Shown: positions 58,998 through 64,000 of the stretch, piece after piece
How the letters are laid out: every line of letters starts with the position of its first letter
Numbering within the stretch: position 1 is the stretch's first letter
From: a bacterium
GTDB lineage: Bacteria; Zixibacteria; MSB-5A5; GN15; FEB-12
Reading direction: 5' to 3'
DNA length: 64,000 bases
Assembly: GCA_043811375.1 (NCBI GenBank)
Contig: JBDRNJ010000068.1
Location: 1-64,000 of the forward strand
Position numbers and translations under genes: made by a program
The notes under the pieces: generated by a model
The model's input: the letters and a program-made list of their open reading frames with translations, nothing else
Database searches by the model: none
What the model was told of the DNA's origin: nothing

Positions 58998-60558
58998 CGC
59001 CCGCATTTACACGCTTTCGGAAGACGTGGTTGTTGATTCACTGGCCATGCGACATGGCTGCGTGCAGGCTATCGGCCACAACCTGCAACATGCCGGTGAG
59101 TTCCGAAGCTACCGGCGCTGGAACCTTGATGGCCGGACAGTAGTGCCGGGGTTCGTCGACGCCCACACGCATTTTCTTTTTTTCGCGATGTCATTGGGGC
59201 ATGTTCGACTTTATGGCCTTAGTTCGCCGGAGGCCTGTCTGAAAGAGATCGAGAAGTTTTCTCGTCGTCAGGGACGAAACGAATGGATTGTCGGCGAAGG
59301 CTACGAACCGCACCGGTTCCGTCGACGGGTTGAGCCGGAGCGGTTTATGCTGGACCGGGTGACCGGCGGCCGACCGGCTTTTATTTTCTCAAAAGATGGT
59401 CACTCCGCCTGGGTCAACAGCCGCGCCCTTCAGATAGCCGGGATTTCCCGGAAGACCCGCGATCCGTCCGGTGGTGAGATTATCCGTGATGAAAACGGCA
59501 CCCCCACCGGTATTCTGTGCGAATATGCCGCCTACGGACAGATTTACAACCTTATTCCGCTACCTCCCCGCCGGAAGATTGACCGCTGCTACCGCCAGGC
59601 ACTTAACCTGGCATATCGCAAAGGTGTTACCGGCGTTCATTCGTTTGACGGCCCGAACGGGTTTGCCTATTTCAGTGAACTGGCTGAAAAGAATCGGGTG
59701 GGTCTGCGGATCAACTACTATGCGCCTGCCAGACTGCTGCCGCAGTTGCGTCGCACCGACACCCGCTACGGCACCGGCACCGACTACTTTCGGATTGCCG
59801 GCATCAAGGTATTTGCCGATGGTTCCCTGGGCAGCCGGACGGCGCTCTGTTTTCGGCGCTACCTCGGTAGCCGCAACCGGTGTGGGATTGAGGTAACTTC
59901 CACTGACGGGATTCGACGGCTGTCACGCTCGGCGGCCCGGTTGGGCCTTCCCTGCGCTGTTCATGCTATCGGTGACCGGGCAGTGGCCAACGTGATTGAC
60001 GCTCTCGAAGACTGCCCCCCATTGCCGCCCGGTGCCCGTCACCGGATTGAACACCTGCAACTGGTGCGCCGTAAAGACCTTCCCCGCCTCAAACGGTTGA
60101 ATATCATAGCCTCGATGCAGCCCTCGCACTGTCCGACCGACATCGCCCTGGTGCGTCGTTACTGGGGAGTTCGCGGCGCCAATGCCTTTATCTTCCGTAC
60201 CTTGCTGGACAAGGGTATAGACCTGGCATTTGGTTCCGACGTGCCCATCGAGCCGCTCGATCCCATTGGCGGCATCGCTGCCGCAGTGCGGCGCGCACGG
60301 CCGGGCAGCCGAGATGTTTTCTACCCTGAACAGAAGATCAGTGCCCGGGAAGCGCTGTACAATTTCACCGTCGGGCCGGCTATTGCCGCCGGCGAAAGAA
60401 ATCGTCGCGGCTGTCTGCAACCGGGATATCCGGCCGATTTAGTGGTCCTGTCGGACGATATTACCAGGGTACCGCCCAGGCGAATCTATGACGTGCAGGT
60501 ACTGGCGACAGTCCTGAACGGCCGTGTGAAATACGCCGATAGTTCTCTTCGGCTGTGA
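58954..60558 (+). CDS. Amidohydrolase (Amidohydro_3 / YtcJ-like)
   Basis: PGFVDAHTH, H.AWVNS.AL, K.FADGSLGSRTA, HAIGD.A, HRIEH and GSD.P. Confidence 0.92.
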   Translation: MSKEISLPNGTLIHNARIYTLSEDVVVDSLAMRHGCVQAIGHNLQHAGEFRSYRRWNLDGRTVVPGFVDAHTHFLFFAMSLGHVRLYGLSSPEACLKEIEKFSRRQGRNEWIVGEGYEPHRFRRRVEPERFMLDRVTGGRPAFIFSKDGHSAWVNSRALQIAGISRKTRDPSGGEIIRDENGTPTGILCEYAAYGQIYNLIPLPPRRKIDRCYRQALNLAYRKGVTGVHSFDGPNGFAYFSELAEKNRVGLRINYYAPARLLPQLRRTDTRYGTGTDYFRIAGIKVFADGSLGSRTALCFRRYLGSRNRCGIEVTSTDGIRRLSRSAARLGLPCAVHAIGDRAVANVIDALEDCPPLPPGARHRIEHLQLVRRKDLPRLKRLNIIASMQPSHCPTDIALVRRYWGVRGANAFIFRTLLDKGIDLAFGSDVPIEPLDPIGGIAAAVRRARPGSRDVFYPEQKISAREALYNFTVGPAIAAGERNRRGCLQPGYPADLVVLSDDITRVPPRRIYDVQVLATVLNGRVKYADSSLRL

Positions 60559-60627
60559 AACCGGCCCTGGTCAGGATGCCCGAAAAGGTTTGACACCGAT
60601 TTCAAATAAGGGCATATTATACCTGCC

Positions 60628-62007
60628 ATGAGCACTCCGTGCCTTATATTGAATCGATCGGCCATTCTCGCTTTGTTCCTGCTCCTTTGTTATTCTCTTG
60701 TGGTAACCGCGCAGGAACCGTCGTCCGAGACGAACGACTCGGCGGTTGTTACCCAGTCCACTGAGGTAGCCGACTCCCTGGAAGCAGAAGAACCGATATC
60801 GCCGACACTGGTCTATACGATGATTATCGATGGTGCCATCGGCACCGTCACCGATGACCGCATTGCCGAGGCTATCGAAACTGCCGAAGACGATGGCGCC
60901 GGGCTGCTGGTTATCTTCCTGGATACTCCCGGCGGTTTTACCAAACCAACCTGGTCGATCTGCAAGAACATCCTCAATTCGCACGTACCGGTCTGCATCT
61001 ATATCGCTCCCTCCGGAGCACGGGCCGGTTCGGCCGGTGTGTACATGACCTACGCCGCTCACTTTGCCGCGATGGCGCCATCTACCAATATCGGTGCGGC
61101 GCATCCTGTTTCCGGCGCCGGGGAGGAAATCGACTCGGTTATGAACGAGAAGATTACCAACGACGCCGTGGCGCAAATCAAAGCCGCCGCCGAGAAACGG
61201 GGCCGCAATGCCGAATGGGCCGAGAGGGCGGTGCGCGAGTCGGTCTCGATTACCGACAACGAAGCGCTCGAATTGAAAGTCATCGACCTGCGGGCTAAAA
61301 ACCTTTCGGAACTCCTTGAGAAACTGGACGGTCGCGAAGTTGATCTGCCTTACGGCAAGACGAAGATGCTCCTCAAGCACAACCGGACCAAAGAGATCAA
61401 GATCACTTTCATTCAACGGGTGCTGCAGATTATTACGCAGCCGGATATCGCGCTGATTCTTTTTTCCATCGGCGGGCTGGGTATCGTGCTGGAACTGTAC
61501 AACCCCGGCTCTATCTTCCCCGGTGTGGTGGGAGCTATTTCGCTGATACTCGCTTTCTACTCGTTTCAGACGTTGCCGATCAACTATGCCGGGCTGGCTT
61601 TGATAGTCCTGGCTATCATACTGTTTATTGCCGAGATAAAAATCGTCAGTCACGGGATGCTTACTGTCGGGGGTGTGATCTCATTTTTCCTGGGAGGTAT
61701 GATGCTTGTTGATACTGCCGATCCCGCCCTGGGTATTTCCATATCGCTGCTGATCACGATGACCGTTGTTTTCAGTCTGGTTTTACTGCTGGTCATATGG
61801 CTGGTGGCCAAGGCGGCGCGCAATCGGCCGGCTATCGGTCAGGAGGGAATGATCGGCAAGATGGCCGAGGTGCGTCCCAATGGATTTGTATATGTTGATG
61901 GCGCTTTGTGGAAAGCCGTGTCGGGAGAGGAGCTTGAGGTAGGCTCGACGGTTGAAATCGTAAGTGTCGATAGTTTGCTGTTGAAAGTGCGGAAGCGCGA
62001 CTCCTGA
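60628..62007 (+). CDS. nfeD: NfeD-family membrane-bound serine protease (long form)
   Basis: LDTPGG, A.SAG, MAP.TNIGAAHPV, GRN..WAE..VRES, TM bundle and OB-fold VDGALWKA. Confidence 0.92.
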   Translation: MSTPCLILNRSAILALFLLLCYSLVVTAQEPSSETNDSAVVTQSTEVADSLEAEEPISPTLVYTMIIDGAIGTVTDDRIAEAIETAEDDGAGLLVIFLDTPGGFTKPTWSICKNILNSHVPVCIYIAPSGARAGSAGVYMTYAAHFAAMAPSTNIGAAHPVSGAGEEIDSVMNEKITNDAVAQIKAAAEKRGRNAEWAERAVRESVSITDNEALELKVIDLRAKNLSELLEKLDGREVDLPYGKTKMLLKHNRTKEIKITFIQRVLQIITQPDIALILFSIGGLGIVLELYNPGSIFPGVVGAISLILAFYSFQTLPINYAGLALIVLAIILFIAEIKIVSHGMLTVGGVISFFLGGMMLVDTADPALGISISLLITMTVVFSLVLLLVIWLVAKAARNRPAIGQEGMIGKMAEVRPNGFVYVDGALWKAVSGEELEVGSTVEIVSVDSLLLKVRKRDS

Positions 62008-62022
62008 CTTGTCGGTGCAACT

Positions 62023-62301
62023 ATGTCTGTGGTTCTGAGCCTGTTGCTTGGTGCTGCCCTGGGTTACCTGGCCTTCGAGGTAGTAGTGACCTTCTTAACA
62101 GTCAGGGCGTTGTTTATGGAGCCGATCAGCAGCCAGCAGGGGTTGATCGGCAGGACCGCTCAAATGCGCACCGATAAGTTCGTTTTTGTGGACGGCGCGC
62201 TGTGGAAAGCAATTTCCGATGAACACCTTCGGGTCGGCGACTCGGTTGAGATTATAGATAGGGACAAACTTACGCTGAAAGTAAAGCGATTGAATTCATA
62301 G
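62023..62301 (+). CDS. Short NfeD-like protein (TM + OB-fold only)
   Basis: GLIG.TA, VFVDGALWKA and LKVK; closely resembles the C-terminus of the upstream NfeD. Confidence 0.75.
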   Translation: MSVVLSLLLGAALGYLAFEVVVTFLTVRALFMEPISSQQGLIGRTAQMRTDKFVFVDGALWKAISDEHLRVGDSVEIIDRDKLTLKVKRLNS

Positions 62302-62316
62302 AAACGGAGGGATGTC

Positions 62317-63096
62317 ATGAATCTGGCGACAATTGCAGTCCTGGTGTTCTTGTTCTTGATCCTCATGTTCAACATGATCAAGGTTCTCCGCGAGTACGAG
62401 CGGGGAGTGATTTTCCGACTGGGCCGCCTGATCGGCGCCAAGGGACCGGGGCTGATAATCCTGATCCCGGTCATCGATAAAATTGTGCGCGTCGATCTGC
62501 GCGTGATTACGTACGATGTACCGTCCCAGGATGTCATCACCAAGGACAACGTCTCGATCAAGGTCAACGCCGTTTTGTATTTCCAGGTTGTTGACGCCAA
62601 CAAGGCCATCGTCAGCGTGGCCAACTTCTTTGAGGCGACGTCGCAGATCGCCCAGACGACGTTGCGTTCGGTGCTGGGACAAGTCGAGCTTGATGACCTG
62701 CTGGCCAACCGGGAGAAGATCAACGCTCAACTGCAGCAGATCATCGACGACCAGACCGAACCGTGGGGGATCAAGGTCAGTGTGGTCGAGGTTAAGAACG
62801 TCGATCTGCCGCCGGAGATGCAGCGCGCCATCGCCAAGCAGGCCGAGGCCGAACGTGAGCGGCGAGCCAAGGTTATTCACGCCGAAGGTGAGTTCCAGGC
62901 ATCGCAAAAGCTTGCCGACGCGGCCAAGGTTATCGCCAGTGCGCCCAACGCCATGCAGCTTCGTTTTCTGCAAACGCTGACCGAGGTGGCCACCGAACGC
63001 AACTCCACGCTGATCTTCCCGGTGCCGATCGACCTGCTCGATTCTCTTAAGGGTTTCCTCGACCGAGGGAGCGGAGCTAAAGATGCCGGGGCGTAG
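62317..63096 (+). CDS. SPFH/stomatin-like (slipin) protein
   Basis: [42 protein letters not shown] and QLRFLQTL. Confidence 0.95.
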   Translation: MNLATIAVLVFLFLILMFNMIKVLREYERGVIFRLGRLIGAKGPGLIILIPVIDKIVRVDLRVITYDVPSQDVITKDNVSIKVNAVLYFQVVDANKAIVSVANFFEATSQIAQTTLRSVLGQVELDDLLANREKINAQLQQIIDDQTEPWGIKVSVVEVKNVDLPPEMQRAIAKQAEAERERRAKVIHAEGEFQASQKLADAAKVIASAPNAMQLRFLQTLTEVATERNSTLIFPVPIDLLDSLKGFLDRGSGAKDAGA

Positions 63097-63111
63097 GGTT
63101 ACAAACTGACG

Positions 63112-63470
63112 AACCGGTAGATGTGGACATCTGCCGGTCACGTAATACGACCGAAGTGTAGAAACTATTTCGTCGTGCTGTCGGGTGACTCGAGGTTGTC
63201 CCACAAGGTGATTATTCTAACGCGCGTAGGGTGGGGGCTTGTCTCCCACCAACAAACGGCGGACATAAAGCCCGCCGCTACGCGGGTTTACCAAATGACG
63301 ATTTATTCGATGCAATGTTAAATGTACTCAAAGCTTACTTGTAGGACAACCTCACTCTGCCCGCAAGCATGTAGTTCATGCAGGGTGAAACGACTGCGGA
63401 AGCATGACAATCACCGCGTAGGGGGGTGGCCTTGTGTCACTCCGATCAATGTGACGCCGCGTGGCAACCC
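63112..63470. repeat. REP-like hairpin cluster between convergent genes
   Basis: GTAGATG-TGGA-CATCTGCC (reverse copy of the 32646 hairpin), GTCGGGTGACTC (also near 16632), and GTAGGG-initiated hairpins ending CGCTACG. Confidence 0.6.
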
Positions 63471-63506
63471 CAAACTTGTTCGGGATTGAAACTGCAAACG
63501 ATGCGC

Positions 63507-64000
63507 TCACTCATCGGCGGCGACCATCAGGTCAGCGCCCATTTCGAGATGGTCGTATTGACTCTCGCGTGATTTGTAGAGAACCAGAAGTGTCACGCGG
63601 CGGTTTCTTTCATCGGCGGGATCATCGGGGAACATCAGCAGCTGGTCGGCAAAGCCGCGGACGGCGGCAGTCTGTCCTTCATACAGGCCGGAGACTTCCA
63701 GCAATCGGCGGGCGGCATTGGCGCGATCTGCAGACAACTCCCAGTTGCTGTAGCCCCGGTCACCTCCAAAAGAGACATCAGTGTGACCTTCAATAACGAT
63801 ACGATTATCGAGTTTGCCCAATTCTTTGGCAATTGTCATCAGGATGATGGCGCTCTTCTGCAACAGCTTGGCCGAGCCCGGTTCAAAAAAAGCGGCTGAC
63901 TTCTCCGACTCATTCAGGGTGATCCGCAGCCCTTCTGAAGTCATCTGCAGCTTGATGTTCTTGCGGAGTTTCTCAAACTCCTTCTGCTTTTTCAGCTCCT
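63507..64000 (-). CDS. motB: Flagellar motor protein MotB / OmpA-like PG-binding domain (5' end outside window)
   Basis: TSEGLRI, F..GSA, IEGHTD, NWELSADRANAARR and RNRRV. Confidence 0.85.
   Translation of the reverse strand, partial: ELKKQKEFEKLRKNIKLQMTSEGLRITLNESEKSAAFFEPGSAKLLQKSAIILMTIAKELGKLDNRIVIEGHTDVSFGGDRGYSNWELSADRANAARRLLEVSGLYEGQTAAVRGFADQLLMFPDDPADERNRRVTLLVLYKSRESQYDHLEMGADLMVAADE

Overview
Gene-dense bacterial chromosomal segment, probably from the FCB superphylum and most likely candidate phylum Zixibacteria. This is inferred from SprA, 'QNYPNPFNP' T9SS tails, a Zixibacteria-style dockerin and a MotB; no database search was possible. In order, the window holds: the right end of an IS481-like element; a DUF4159-DUF4175-TPR cluster; a DUF2723/GT117 glycosyltransferase; an RRM protein; deoB; an ECF sigma/anti-sigma/lipoprotein operon; an MFS transporter; tRNA-Ala(GGC); a tandem kinase-pseudokinase; a cohesin-T9SS protein; asnS; a radical SAM protein; a GT-C glycosyltransferase; a TetR-TolC-HlyD-ABC efflux operon; a DUF2807 protein; a mosaic FG-GAP T9SS cargo; a small MITE; a cobalamin riboswitch upstream of a BtuB-like receptor and a dockerin-tagged BtuG-like propeller; PPIase, polyprenol kinase, csp, recG, murB and sprA; a glutaminyl-cyclase-like M28 gene followed by selA, selB and an amidohydrolase; nfeD-nfeD-SPFH; and a partial motB. 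Most notable hypotheses: (1) a non-cellulosomal cohesin-dockerin display system coupled to T9SS and B12 capture; (2) Bacteroidota-type envelope protein modification (D-S/T-x O-glycosylation sequons and Q-rule pyroglutamylation) in this lineage; (3) frequent leaderless mRNAs. Motif counts were made by hand and family calls come from motif recognition.
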